A stretch of DNA of 64,000 nt from Mobula hypostoma. Its lineage: Eukaryota. The position numbers and the translations under genes were made by a program. The stretch is taken from the NCBI RefSeq assembly GCF_963921235.1, contig NC_086108.1, positions 26,350,001 to 26,414,000 on the forward strand, written 5' to 3'. The notes under the pieces are model-generated. The model ran no database searches and was not told the origin of the DNA. It worked only from the letters and a program-made list of their open reading frames with translations. Of this stretch, positions 1-12,118 are shown one piece after another; the first letter of the stretch is position 1; each line of letters opens with the position of its first letter.

Positions 1-77
1 CACCACAACATCTCTATTAAGACTACCTAATAAAGTGTTAGGTATTCCCAGCAGAGTCATGCACATTTTCCATCCAG

Positions 78-330
78 CGTGTTGGGCTCACGATCTGAAG
101 GTCGTGGGTTCGAGTCTCGGCCAAGGCAGTATGTTGTGTCCTTGAGCAAGGCACTTAACCACACACTGCTCCAGTCCACCCAGCTGAAAATGGGTACTGG
201 CAAATGCTGGGGGTTAAACTCGTGATAGACTGGCGTCCTATCCGGCGGGGGGTGGGGTGACGGGGTAGTCTCGTACTCTCAGTCGCTTCACACCGGCCTG
301 ATGGGCCACAAAAGGCTCGGGACAGACTTT
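78..330 (+). mobile_element. tRNA-derived SINE with CORE-like central domain
   Basis: Pol III B-box-like GGTTCGAGTC at ~107-116, followed by TGTCCTTGAGCAAGGCACTTAACC, which resembles the CORE-SINE (MIR-type) domain. Confidence 0.55.
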
Positions 331-1265
331 AACTTTAATAGTACTTCCATAACTGGGAACAAAAATAACTCCAGAGACTTCAGAAAAGCCAGGCTGACCA
401 ATTTTTTGAGCAGCACCCTGCTGCCAAGAGTTGATAACTTTCAAATGCAATATTAAACTTTCTGTACTTGCCCCTTCAAGTGAATGCAGAAAATCTGACA
501 ACATTGTTTGGAAGAGGAGCACTGCAATGTGTTCTGTGTTCTATCTAATATTAACCTCCCCAGCCAGAAATACTAAGAGACCTTTGGTGACCCTAATGAT
601 TGGCTGCTATGTTTCCTATATAGCAATTGTCTACACTTCAAAAATTTACTTAACTGGCTCTAGACTGTTGAAGCCAAGTGGGATTGTGTATGAGAGTACT
701 TCATCCATTTCATTTATGTTCAAAATGGTTTGCAAGTTATGAATGATGTTGACACAGTCCTGGGCTGACTATTGTTGAAGATCTAATAAAACAGCAAAGT
801 AATCGCTTGAATACTTTCATGAGTGTTGCATTGTTCTGTCACGGTACACTGCCAATCTTGTCCAACAAAAAGAGAGAAAATGAACTTGGACTTCAATAGA
901 TCACTGCATAGACACCATCAAGTAATATAGCATGGAAACAGGCCCTTTGCTTCACCAAGTCCACATCAACCATCAAGCACCCTAACATATCGTATCTTCT
1001 TATTCTCTGCACATTCCCACCAACTCCACCCTCAGCCTACACCAGAGGTAATTTACACCTGGGTAATTCACAATTGCCAATTAACCTACCGACCTAGATA
1101 TCTTTGGGGTGAACATTGTGAGGATATCCACACAGTTATAAACAGAATATGCAACCTCCACATAAACATCTCTGGAAGTCAGGATTTTACCTAGGGTGAG
1201 GCATCAGCTCTCCTAGCTGTGTTGCAGTGCCAGTCTTGATTAACATGAGATGGCAGCTACTGTAT

Positions 1266-1505
1266 CTATTTATTTATATTGAGCTACAGTGCGGAGTAGG
1301 CCTGCTGGCCCTTCAAGCAACGCCCGATTTAACCCTCGTCCAATCCAGGGACAATTTACACTGACCAATTAACCTACCAACCGGTACAGCTCCAGACTGT
1401 GGCAGGAATCCAGAGACCCAGAGGAAAGTCATGTGGTCACAGCAAGAACGTATAGACAGCAGTGGGAAATGAACCCGGGTCGCTGATGCTGACCACTACA
1501 CTACT
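1266..1505 (-). mobile_element. V-SINE (HE1-like) copy
   Basis: Reverse-complement similarity to the plus-strand copy at 10570-10762 and same-orientation similarity to 21271-21557 (GACAATTTACA.TGACCAATTAACCTACCAACC); (TTTA)n tail. Confidence 0.65.
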
Positions 1506-2549
1506 CTGCATCCATATTGTGCATACAGGAGGGGAAAGGCACAGGCAGAGACAGTATGATGTCAAAAATGTAATCTTTTAATCTAAATCAAAATATGAGG
1601 AAATATTCTAATTAGCTGATAAAAGCAGCACAGGTTGAGACTGCAGTAAGACTGGCCATTCCTTCTACTGATCCTACAGATTATATGTCTTCAGGTGTTA
1701 TTTTATATCCTTGGATAACATTTTGTTTAAAAGTCACGAGTAAGCAGGGAAAACATCTTTGCTTCCTCTTTGAGTGATCTAGTAGCAGACACTTAGGGAT
1801 AAAGCTGATTCAATTCTCCCCATCACTTGAGATTGCAGTATTTGCTCATGCTCCTTATTTAAATAAGTCCTATCTTTAACAATATGTTTACCCAGCTCCT
1901 TAATGAACAGGTTAAGTGAGATAGCAACTGCATTGGCTTCCATGATTTATTTTCTCCATTTACCAAGCATCCCAGCCCCATCTGAGCAAATATTCAAATA
2001 TTGCAGAAAAAACCTGAAACAAATTGTGTTCCCATGCATAACAACTCACATTTAAATTCAAGAGTCCCTTTAAATAAAATATTCACATATTTCCCATTAC
2101 CATGGGTTAGGTATTTGTATCCAGCCAAAGGTCAATCTATGAATAAGCAGCGGGCACTTTTGAGACAGCCTCGATTCTTTAATGAGCTGTTCTGGTAGCA
2201 GCTTCACAATGGCATTGCAGTCTTTCCCATAGAAGTTAAAACATTCAGTTATCAAAACACAAAATCAATTACTGCTATTTTTTGACCAGTAACTACATAG
2301 CAGTCAATGAGGATGTCTCCAGATTATATACCTGCAATGCATAATTCTAGCAACACACACAAAATGCTGCAGGAACTCAGGCACCATCTATGAAAAAGAG
2401 AACAGTCGACGTTCCGGACTGAGACCCTTCTTCAGGACTGGAATGAAAGATGAGGAGTCAGAGTAAGAAGGAGAGAGGAGGGGAGGGAGAACCACAGGGT
2501 GATAGGTGAAACCAGGAGAGGGGGAGGGGTGAAGTAAAGAGCTGCAAAG

Positions 2550-3300
2550 CATGTGCTACCGGGCCGCGAGGAAATGATATGAGTCAGCTGCACCTTTCCT
2601 CATTCTCTGTCACACACTGTTGAACTTGAACATAGGGTTGCCAACTGTCCCATATTTGCCGGGACATCCCGTATATTGAGCTAAATTGATTTGTCCCATA
2701 CGGGACTGCACTTGTCCCGTATTTCCCCGCTAAGGTAGAGCGTTCCTACGAAACTTTTCGTGCCGAAATGGCGTAAAGCGAAGAAGCAATTACCATTAAT
2801 TTATATGGGAAAATTTTTTGAGCGTTCCCAGACCCAAAAGATAACCTACCAAATCATACCAAATAACACACAAAACTTAAAATAACACTAACATATTGTA
2901 AAAGCAGGAATGATATGATAAATATACAGCCTATATAAAGTAGAAATAATGTATGTACAGTATAGTCAGGAAGATTAAGCCAAAACCGATTTGTGGAAAA
3001 AAATCAGCATGTACGCGCATGCACACGTCACATATGCGCACGTCACGCATGCGCACACAGGTGCCCGCGCAGGGCTTCATGGTCATGGTAGTCTTACTCG
3101 AGGCAGACACTGTCCCATATTTGACTGCTACTTTTGTCCCTTATTTGAGAGTGAGAAAGTTGGCAACCCTAATTGTAAAAGACATGTTGAGGTGAGTTTA
3201 ACCTTTTTTGAACACCCCCCGCCACTCCCGGTCGGCTGGTCTGCAAGAATATTGTCAATATTAAACCGGTCCGTGGTGCAAAAAATGTTGGGGACCCCTG
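2550..3300. mobile_element. Non-autonomous hAT (Charlie/MER1-like) element, left end missing
   Basis: Right end GTTGGGGACCCCTG (reverse complement CAGGGGTCCCCAAC) is a Charlie-type TIR; no coding capacity. Confidence 0.55.
2633..3171. mobile_element. MITE with 14-bp TIRs (hAT-Tip100-like), nested in the previous element
   Basis: TAGGGTTGCCAACT (2633-2646) and AGTTGGCAACCCTA (3158-3171) form a perfect inverted repeat; flanking 8-mers CTTGAACA/ATTGTAAA match 5/8; internal TGTCCC repeats. Confidence 0.75.
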
Positions 3301-4461
3301 CAGTAGATAACCCCAACAGACTCACAGGTGAAGTGTCACTTCACCTGGAAGGATTGTTTGGAGCTCTGAATGGTAGTGAGGGAGGACGTGTAGAGACAGG
3401 TGCAGCACCTGTTCCACTTGCAAGGGTAAGTGCTGGGAGGGACAAATGAACAAGGGAATCGCATAGGACAAGGGAGTTCCTATAGCCGACAAACAGGCAG
3501 ACATAGCTGGGACCCATGTGAGTGCCCACGGCTACACCTTTTGTTTGAAGGAAGTGGGAGGAACTGAAGAAGAAACTATTAAGAATAAGTTCCGCTAGGT
3601 GGAGGAGAGTGGGGGTGGAGTGGAATTGATTGGGTCTGGTGTCCACAAAGAAATGGAGAGCTTTGAGACCTTCCTAGTGGGGGTTGGAGGTGTATTGGGT
3701 CTGTACACCCATAGTGAAAGATCGGGGCCAGGGAACTTGAAATGATTGAAAAGTTCAAGAATATGAGAAGTGTTATGGATGTAGGTAGGAAGGGACTGAA
3801 CTGGGCTGGTGGGGGGAGGGTTAAAACTGAGTTGAGGAGTGCAGATACAAGTTCAGTGGGGCAGGAACAAGCTGAAACAATGGGTCTACCTGGACAGGCA
3901 GGTTTTGGGTAGAAGGTCGATACAGGAGATGCAGGATGAGGAAACTATGAGATTGGTGGCAGTGAAAGGGAGATCACCACAGTTAATAAGTTTGGTGATG
4001 GGGTTGGAGACAATAGCCTGGTGCTCCTTAGTGGGGTCCTGTTCAAAGGGTAAGTAAGAGGAGATGTCTGATAGTTGTTGCCTGGTCTCAGCAAGGTAGA
4101 GGTCTGTCCACAAGACTATTACACCACCCTTATCTGTAGGTTTGATGTTGAGGTTAGGATTAGTGCAGAGAGAGTGGAGAGCAGTGTGTTCGGAAGGAGT
4201 GAGGTTCGATTTGGAGAGAGGAGTACTGAATTCAAGACGGTTGATGTCCTGTCAGCGGTTAACAATGCATAATCCTTTAGCTGTTAACAGGTGGTCGAGG
4301 ATGGTTCACACACCATTCCCACAGAGCTAAGCTCTCTTTCCAGGGGATCGACATCTAGGTATTATTGCTTAGCAAATGACCTCCCTCCTGATACTTTAAA
4401 GGCTGCCAACCATCTAAGTTAACACACACTGATGGAGAAATGGATCAAAAGGCGGGAGGAG

Positions 4462-5110
4462 AAGATGGCGGCGTGATGCAGCTCGCAGTGGCTACTCCGG
4501 TGGAGATGTCTGTTATTTCTCAAGTAGGGTGCTGTGCACAATCCTGATTTGATGGAGACGGAGGAACATCTGGTGAAACTTCTGAAATGCCCGCTTCGCT
4601 GCTGCTGCTACTGTGTGGTCCGGAATCTCCGGAGGGGAAGGCCCCGAGTCCTCAGCTTTGCTTGTTGCTCAGTGGCCGGGGCGAGGTCGAAGCGCTCGGC
4701 AGAGGATGGTGCTCGGAGAGGCTGTGTCGGAGGGGCTGATCAGAGGCTCAAAGTTTTCGCACAGACTCGAGTCCGCTGCGGTCGGGTGCTTCCATTGGTG
4801 TTGCATCGGCAAGTTGGCGGCGCTTGGAGGTTCATGGCAGGGAGAGTTCCTCCCTTCTGCCGCCTGTGTGAGACGATGAGGCTATTGGGACTTTGAGACT
4901 TTTTTTTACTGTGCCCATGGTCTGCTCTTTATCAAATTATGGTATTGCTTTGCACTATTGTAACTATATTTTATAATTATGTGCGTCAGTTTTAGTATTG
5001 GTTTGTCCTGTGTACTTGTGATATCATTCTGGAGGAACGTTGCATCATTTTTTAATGCATGCATTTCTAAATGACAATAAACGAGGACTGAGTGTCCTCA
5101 TAATCTAATG
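4462..5110 (+). mobile_element. CpG-rich non-autonomous retroelement (SINE-like)
   Basis: Starts AAGATGGCGGCG, CpG-rich body, ends ATGACAATAAA...(TAATC)n tail; no recognisable protein. Confidence 0.45.
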
Positions 5111-5529
5111 AATGTAAGAGTAGGGTGGAAGTTGGAAGCAAGTTGATAAAATTGACAACCATCTAAGTTGCACGTGTCAGTGAAGTGAAATATATATTGC
5201 TGCTCTTTTTGATGATCAGCCAAACTGTATCTTGGAATTCTCCATTCAATGACACAGGAAGTACCATCAACAGAAGATCTATAACCATTTAAGGAATCCG
5301 CTCATCACCTGGTTTGTATGAACATTATAATGAGAACAATAACTGCTGGTCGTGCCGGTAACATCAGCCTTCGCGGTAAATTGTGCTGGCAACCATTAGC
5401 AAATCTATAACAACTGGAATACCAAAGCCTATAGCTGTCAGTAAGAGCCTCCAGCACGTATATTATTAGTCATTGTATACCCACTGAAACTGTACCTTTG
5501 TTATACGCATAATCTCCAAAAGCCATATA

Positions 5530-6426
5530 ACCATAGAAACCATAGAAACTACAGCACAGAAACAGGCCCTTTGGGCCTTCTTGGCTGTGCCGAACCATTT
5601 TCTGCCTAGACCCACTGACCTGCACACGGACCATATCCCTCCATACACCTCCCATCCATGTATCTGTCCAATTTATTCTTAAATGTTAAAAAAGAACCCA
5701 CATTTACCACCTCGTCTGGCAGCTCATTCCATACTCCCACCACTCTCTGTGTGAAGAAGCCCCCCCTAATGTTCCCTTTAAACTTTTCCCCCCTCACCCT
5801 TAACCCATGTCCTCTGGTTTTTTTCTCCCCTTGCCTCAGTGGAAAAAGCTGGCTTGCACTCACTCTATCTATACCCATCATAATTTTATATACCTCTATC
5901 AAATATCCCCTCATTCTTCTACGCTCCAGGGAATAAAGTGCTAACCTATTCAACCTTTCTCTGTAACTGAGTTTCTCACGTCCCGGCAACAGCCTTGTAA
6001 ACCTTCTCTGCACTCTTTCAACCTTATTTATATCCTTCCTGTAACTTGGTGACCAAAACTGAACACAATACTCCAGATTCGGCCTCACCAATGCCTTATA
6101 CAACCTCATCATAACATTCCAGCTCTTATACTCAATACTTCAATTAATAAAGGCCAATGACCAAAAGCTCTCTTTACGACCCTATCTACCTGTGACGACA
6201 CTTTTAGGGAATTTTGTATCTGTATTCCCAGATCCCTCTGTTCCACTGCACTCCTCAGTGCCTTACCATTAACCCTGTATGTTCTACGTTGGTTTGTCCT
6301 TCCAACGTGCAATACCTCACACTTGTCAGTATTAAACTCCATCTGCCATTTTTCAGCCCATTTTTCCAGCTGGTCCAAGTCCCTCTGCAGGCTCTGAAAA
6401 CCTTCCTCACTGTCTACTACACCTCT
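5530..6426 (-). mobile_element. CR1 LINE, 5'-truncated (RT C-terminus plus 3' tail)
   Basis: ORFs 6109-6471 and 5606-6112: WQMEFNTDKCEVLH, LYKALVRPNLEYCVQFWSP, FFTQRVVGVWNELP; (CCATAGAAA)n tail. Confidence 0.95.
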
Positions 6427-7768
6427 ACATATGTTCACATTAAGCAGTAATTTTATTCCCATTGATTTCACTGGTAGCAGCCTGTATCAGTAGTAGAGAA
6501 AAAAATCTTTTTTAAAACATTAATATTAGTTTAGCCAGGAAACTACGTAGGAGTGATGACTTTGTGGGGTTCTGCAAACAACTTTTATAGTATTTACATA
6601 CGTAGGGCTGTGGAAGCCCAAGAAGATGATTTACAAAACAGGCTTCACAATGATAGATGCTAGTTTTGTTTATTCAGATGTCAGGTTTTGATGTTTTTTT
6701 CTTGTTTACTTAGTTGTCCGGTTTCTTTTGAATCAAACATACATAGCATTCACTGGAGATTAAGGACATGAGATAAAGTCACTATTCCAGAGGCTGGGCC
6801 ACATCAAGGCCCAGTGGTGCAGCGAGAAGGGCAGCTGTCTCACAGATATAGGTATGGAGTTTCACACTGTCTGTGTGGAGGTCACACTTTCTTCCTCAGA
6901 CTGCATGCATTTCTTTCCACATCCCATAGATGTGTGCGGTGGTCAGTGGGTTAATTCAATAATCAGTATTTGCAGTGAGTACAGGATCTGTGATGTTTGC
7001 TGGTGAAGGATTAGGAGGGCGTGTTGTCAAAGAAGCCATATGATGTGGATAACATCATATTTGAGTACACACACACACACAAAGTGAGGGTCAACTGTGC
7101 CACCATCTGACCTCCAGTAGGTTCATGTTTCATTTTCATGTTGCAGTGACATTCACAATAAAATGAACCAGCGCTGTCTGTGGAACCTTCAGTGCAATCT
7201 GATCCACTGATTCCATGGCCATCCTTACTGTGCACATTGTGACTTTCCATTCCCATATAAATCCTTATCTGGCCTCAATACTCACTGTAAATACAGTTCC
7301 CAAGCATTGCAAACACTCAGGCTGTTTCTGTACTAATTTTAAATTGTGATCAGACGTATACTTTCACTGTAAGTGCTAATTCAAATGTCTTTGTCTGCTG
7401 CAAATACTGATCCGTTTTCTCTGCTGAATTTAAATCCTAATTCATTCTCTATCGTGCCAGCCATTATTCATGGGAACTACAGCTTCAAACAGAGACTTTA
7501 CTTTAACCAACTGCACCACTCTCAGGCCAAACAATGCTATTCCACTCTTTCTTCCTCCACAGTCCCAACCTGCAGTCTTGTCTCTTTTACACAAAGACAT
7601 GACTGCAATGTGTGAAATTCAGGCATGAGGGGAAGTTTCCAGTTAAAATGGCTCTTTCAGAATTAGAGTCTTATATATTTTGCAGATGACAGGTACATGT
7701 ATTTAAGAAGAGTAAGTATCTCAGTATTGACTCAGTATGTAAATGGAATTATACTGTATTTGTGACAA

Positions 7769-8220
7769 ATCAGAATCAGGTTTAATATCACCAGCATAAT
7801 GTCATGAAATGTGTTGTCTTTGGGGCTGCAGTACAATGTAGTACATAACAATTGTTAAATTAAATAATTAGTGCAAAAAAAGTAGTGAGATAGTGTTCAT
7901 GGGTTCAATGTCCATTCAGAAATCTGATGGCAGAGGGGAAGAAGCTATTCCTGAATCATTGAGTGTGTGCCTTCAGGCTTCTGTACCTCCTTCCTGATGG
8001 TAGCAATGAGAACAAGGCATGACCTAGGTGATGGGGATCCTTAATGATGGGCGCTGCCTTTTTGAGGCATCAGCCCTTGAAGATGTCCTGGATACTAAGG
8101 AGACTAGTGCCCATGAGCGAGCTGACTAAGTTTATAACTCTCTGCAGCTTATTTTGATCCTGTGCAGTAACATCCCCCCAGACCAGATGTGATGCAGCCA
8201 GTTAGAATGCTCTCCACAGC
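7769..8220 (-). mobile_element. Rex1/Babar-like LINE 3' fragment
   Basis: Minus strand encodes SFFPSAIRFLN (typical RT C-terminus); tail ends (CTGATT)n. Confidence 0.65.
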
Positions 8221-8898
8221 TAGAAATGTTCGAAAGTGTCATTTGTTTTCATAAGGCCAGTAACTTGAAGCATGAAGACTTATTTTGATATCTTTAGATT
8301 ACAGATTAATAATGTAATTAAGTGTATAAAGACGTCATGCCTATGAAGACACACTGTACACCCTAGTTTTCTCTTGAGGCTTCAGAAGTTGGAGCTAGCC
8401 TCCCTAATTGTAAAATATAACAGGGATCATGTAAAGGGTGGTTATTGGTAAATTCAGAAGTGAATTGAGAAAGAACTTCTTTGCCCAGAATGTGGAAGTT
8501 GTAACCATGTTGAGTGGTTTACACCAACATCATAAATGTTAGATAGGTACAAGTGAGAGAGACAAGGAAAGGCAAGGGATGTGTTTTGGTGCAGAAAAAG
8601 CAAGAGGCTGAATGGTCTAATTTAGCGCTGGGACTCAGTGTAATTCTGCAATGTGCTACAATCAAATGATTTTTCATGTTGATTTCTCCAAACGTTGCAA
8701 ACAATGGTTGATGGAAATATTTGCTGGGTCAGCTCTCTAATGAAGTGGAATGATAACTGAAAATTTGAAATAAAAAAACAGAAAATGCAACACATACATA
8801 CAACATACTGGAAACTAAGAGGCAAAGGTTTCAGGAAGACTTGCACCCCACAGAGAGCATACTTCTAACTTAACAGTATGTTCCTTTCTTTTCTCAGG

Positions 8899-9440
8899 TG
8901 TCAATGGTTCCTTCAGGTTGTTATAAGCTCCCACTACCTATTAAATGGCATGCATCTCAAATAGCCTCTGACAACCAAGTCCAGCTCCTGACCTTACTAC
9001 AAAGCCCGACAGAACCACTTCTACTGACATGAGTTGGGGCAAAGCGGGGTTACTGGTGCCTTAAAACCAGTCACTTCGCAGGTGGGGCTCATCTGCCATG
9101 GTTGGCATCTCACCTAGGAAAAGGAAAGCTCTGATCTCAAACCTTCACTGCTTTGCGTCTATACCCATTCATAGGGAAGGCTTTGGGGGTAAACCATGAG
9201 GAAATATCCAGAGCCAGAGTCCTTAAGGCAGTTCTACATTGAGTTTAACGCTGACTGGCAACTCTTGCGATACCTCTGGTGCCAAAATTTATCCATCTCT
9301 GCCGTTCCTTTGGATTCATCGGTTGCGTGGAGAGCGGGAGCCTGCTACATGAACAACAGCTTGCTCTCCATATCGTACTGCGGTGGCTTGTGTATCATGT
9401 AGACAGCTGGGATGCAACATTCATGGTCGACCCCGACCAA
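8899..9440 (+). repeat. Probable interspersed repeat (RTE-related non-autonomous element?)
   Basis: GC-richer block with sharp boundaries; family assignment rests on resemblance only. Confidence 0.3.
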
Positions 9441-9619
9441 CAGAGTGCCAAAATTGACTGGTTTCAGAATAAAAACAAAAATTTATTCCAAGATGAGATG
9501 ATACTGGGTTCACTGTCCACAAAGCCCTGAACTCCAAAGCAGATTTTAAGTCCTATCTGACGTAGATATCCACGAGTACACTCACTAGGTATCCATCTGG
9601 TCTTCAAGGGGGAGGGGAA

Positions 9620-9853
9620 ACACCAGAGAGGCATTCTGTAGTTATCAATAAAACAAATGTTTGGAATCAAATGATCTTGCCTAGTGTCTCAAGGTTGGGT
9701 TTGTCTGCACCCACACCAGCCCTCCACCCTCATCATTCTAAATCCTTTGTTGGCGCCAGATTTACAAACTCACTCTCTGCTCTGTGTCGATAAATGCAGT
9801 ACTGTTGACACCCTAGTTACATACATGTGCCTCAGACATCTGCACAGTACTGT
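9620..9853 (+). mobile_element. Partial copy of the hairpin-ended MITE family
   Basis: Shares ATCAATAAA..TTTGGAATCAAATGA..CCAGATTTACAAAC core and TGCACAGTACTG end with 11573-12118. Confidence 0.7.
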
Positions 9854-10569
9854 AGGTACAATTCTTATGAACTAAAACATACCAATGAGTTGTCCATTTG
9901 TGGAAACCAGTGGCTGAGGAATAAATTCTAATTCTTCTTTCAGTCACCACATCTTTCTGTCATTCCTAACATTCCCCAGTGCTCTCTAATATTCATACTA
10001 TTCTGTTACTGGTTGACATTATCTGCTTGTGATCTTTCTCAAATACGTTTGCTGGGATATAGCAATTCACACTGATGATCTAAAAACTTCTGGGGACAGA
10101 GATCTCAGACACATAAAATTAATGCTGTGAAAGCTGACTCGGAGTACACAATTATCGGTTGATCATGTTTGATGTGCTAAGTGACATAACCCCATTGTAT
10201 TGCATTTGGCTAATGCAGACAAATACTCCCATGATCACCACACTTTATAAACCACATCTTTTAGCAGCCTTACACTCCCCCCCACCCCCCGCTCCTGTGG
10301 GCCAGCAGACTGTGCTCTGTAACACTGAGCTGTACTTTTAACTTCAAACTGATTGCTGCTTGCAACTTATAATAAGAATTGAAAACTGCTTTTTTTTTAC
10401 AAAAAGAGTCAGAGCAAGGAATGTGTGTTAGAAGTTTAATTTTGTCACAGACAACTCTGACCTTTTGGAAAGATCATGCTGCTATGCTAGAAAGCTGAGG
10501 TTGGCAATAAGCCTCTACGTTCCCCATACCAATGATCACATCTGACTGCAGACATATGACTTGGGGAGA

Positions 10570-10762
10570 TGAGTTCTCTCCATGACCGTGTAGATTTCCT
10601 CTGAGTGCTCCAGCTTTCTCCCATAGTCCAAAGACATTTCCAGTTGGTCATTGTAAGTTGTCCTGTGATTCAGCTAGAATGAAATCAGGCGTTTGCTGGG
10701 GGTGCAGCTCAAAGGCTGGAAGGGACTATTCCACGCTGTATCTCAATAAATAAATAAATAAA
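10570..10762 (+). mobile_element. V-SINE (HE1-like) copy
   Basis: V-domain-like GTTCTC.CCATGACCGTG..GATTTCCTCTGAGTGCTCC..TTTCTCCCATAGTCCAAAGAC; (AATA)n tail. Confidence 0.7.
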
Positions 10763-11572
10763 TTCCCTCTCTCAAGCTAAGTATCATTGCAAATGTCAGT
10801 ACTGATTACAGAAAATTGTTACTATTTTTTTCATTCTGAACACCCAGAAAATCAAATCCCCCAAAGTGCACATGTTAGGATTCATTGCTAAATTGAATTG
10901 GATTGAAGATGTGACTCTACGAATGCCTGAACTCAAAATATTTAAAAGCTGCTAGCTAAATGCCAGTGTATATAATGTCATGGATTGCATCATAAAAGTA
11001 AGCAGACCTGTCAAATGTTTACAAGAGAGTGCTTATTGTATATTGGTTGAAGAGTATCCCCCCCGGTACTAGTGGCTTTCAGAAAGCTGTCTGTAGATAC
11101 TTTACACTGACAGTGAACTGACATTATTTCACAGAGACATTTGTTTCCTCCAGGTTGTTAGCAGCTGCGTCCAGCCGCTAACAACACTGACATATTACCT
11201 CGATGTACCTCATTCTTGTACGAGCAGGTTGAGCTGAGACACTCCCTATTTCTGACAAATTTTCCATCAATGCCTCTCTAAGACAGAGTGCAGCGGATCT
11301 GCTCAGGGTGCACTTGTGTCTGTGTGTTAGCATGTGATCGTCTCTACACACGGTTATGCTCAGTCTGGTCAGCAGGTCCCAGTCTCCGACCATGGAGTCA
11401 TAGGTTAATGAGCACAGAAACATTTCCTCAGTGTAGGCAGTCGATGCTGACCAGCAAGCACCATGGTACACTAAACCTACACCTTTCTCAGTACATCCTC
11501 ATCATTCCTCTCACCCCAAATTCTACTATGCACCTACACAGCAGGACATTTCACGGTATCCAATGGACATAG

Positions 11573-12118
11573 AGTAAAGTGCAAAAGTCATAGGCACACA
11601 CACATAGCTAGAGTGCCTTAGACTTTTACATAGTACTGCAGTAACTTTATGAAATGCACTGTACTGCTGTTGCAAGGAAAAAGTCATGACCTATGTGAGT
11701 GATGATCAACTTGATTCTGATATGGGTCTCTATTGTGGACTGAGAGTGGGAAGGAGGACAGGGAGAGGGCAAACATGGTTGGGGAAAGGCGAAGGGAGAG
11801 GGGAGGGAGCAGGAAGCACTAGAGAGATATTCTGTAATGATCAATAAACCAACAGTTTGGAATCAAATGACCTTGCCTGGTGTCTCGTGGCTGGGAGTGT
11901 CTGCCCCCATGCCACCCCCCATCTTCGGCACTACTCCTCCAGCATCTGTCCCACACCCCTCCCACAGCACTCCACCCTCGTCATTTCCAAAATCCTTTGT
12001 TTCCACCAGATTTACAAACATGTTCTCTGCTCCACATTGACAAATACAGAATTGTGCAAAAGTCTTGGGCACCCTAACTATATATACTGTATACACTTAA
12101 GAGCTTTGCACCATACTG
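11573..12118 (+). mobile_element. Tc1-like MITE with hairpin ends
   Basis: Both ends are ~65-70 bp palindromes built on a CAGTACTGTGCAAAAGTCTTAGGCAC-like motif; core shared with three other copies. Confidence 0.75.

Larger units (their letters stand above)
2351..4262 (-). mobile_element. Penelope-like retroelement, degenerate, interrupted at ~2550-3300 by DNA transposons
   Basis: Minus-strand fragments GVAVGTHMGPSYVCLFVGY and WTDLYLAETRQQLSDISSYLPFEQDPT are typical of Penelope RT; terminal segment 2351-2549 carries a hammerhead-like motif. Confidence 0.8.

Noticed and set aside
4534..4896. 120-aa ORF and overlapping 88-aa ORF
   Set aside because: Lie in a GC-rich repeat; no recognisable domain
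7011..7256. Minus-strand ORF containing EGF-like DSAGSFYCEC
   Set aside because: Cysteine spacing is incomplete, no convincing splice sites, and it does not match the expected ASTN1 exon 2; probably chance
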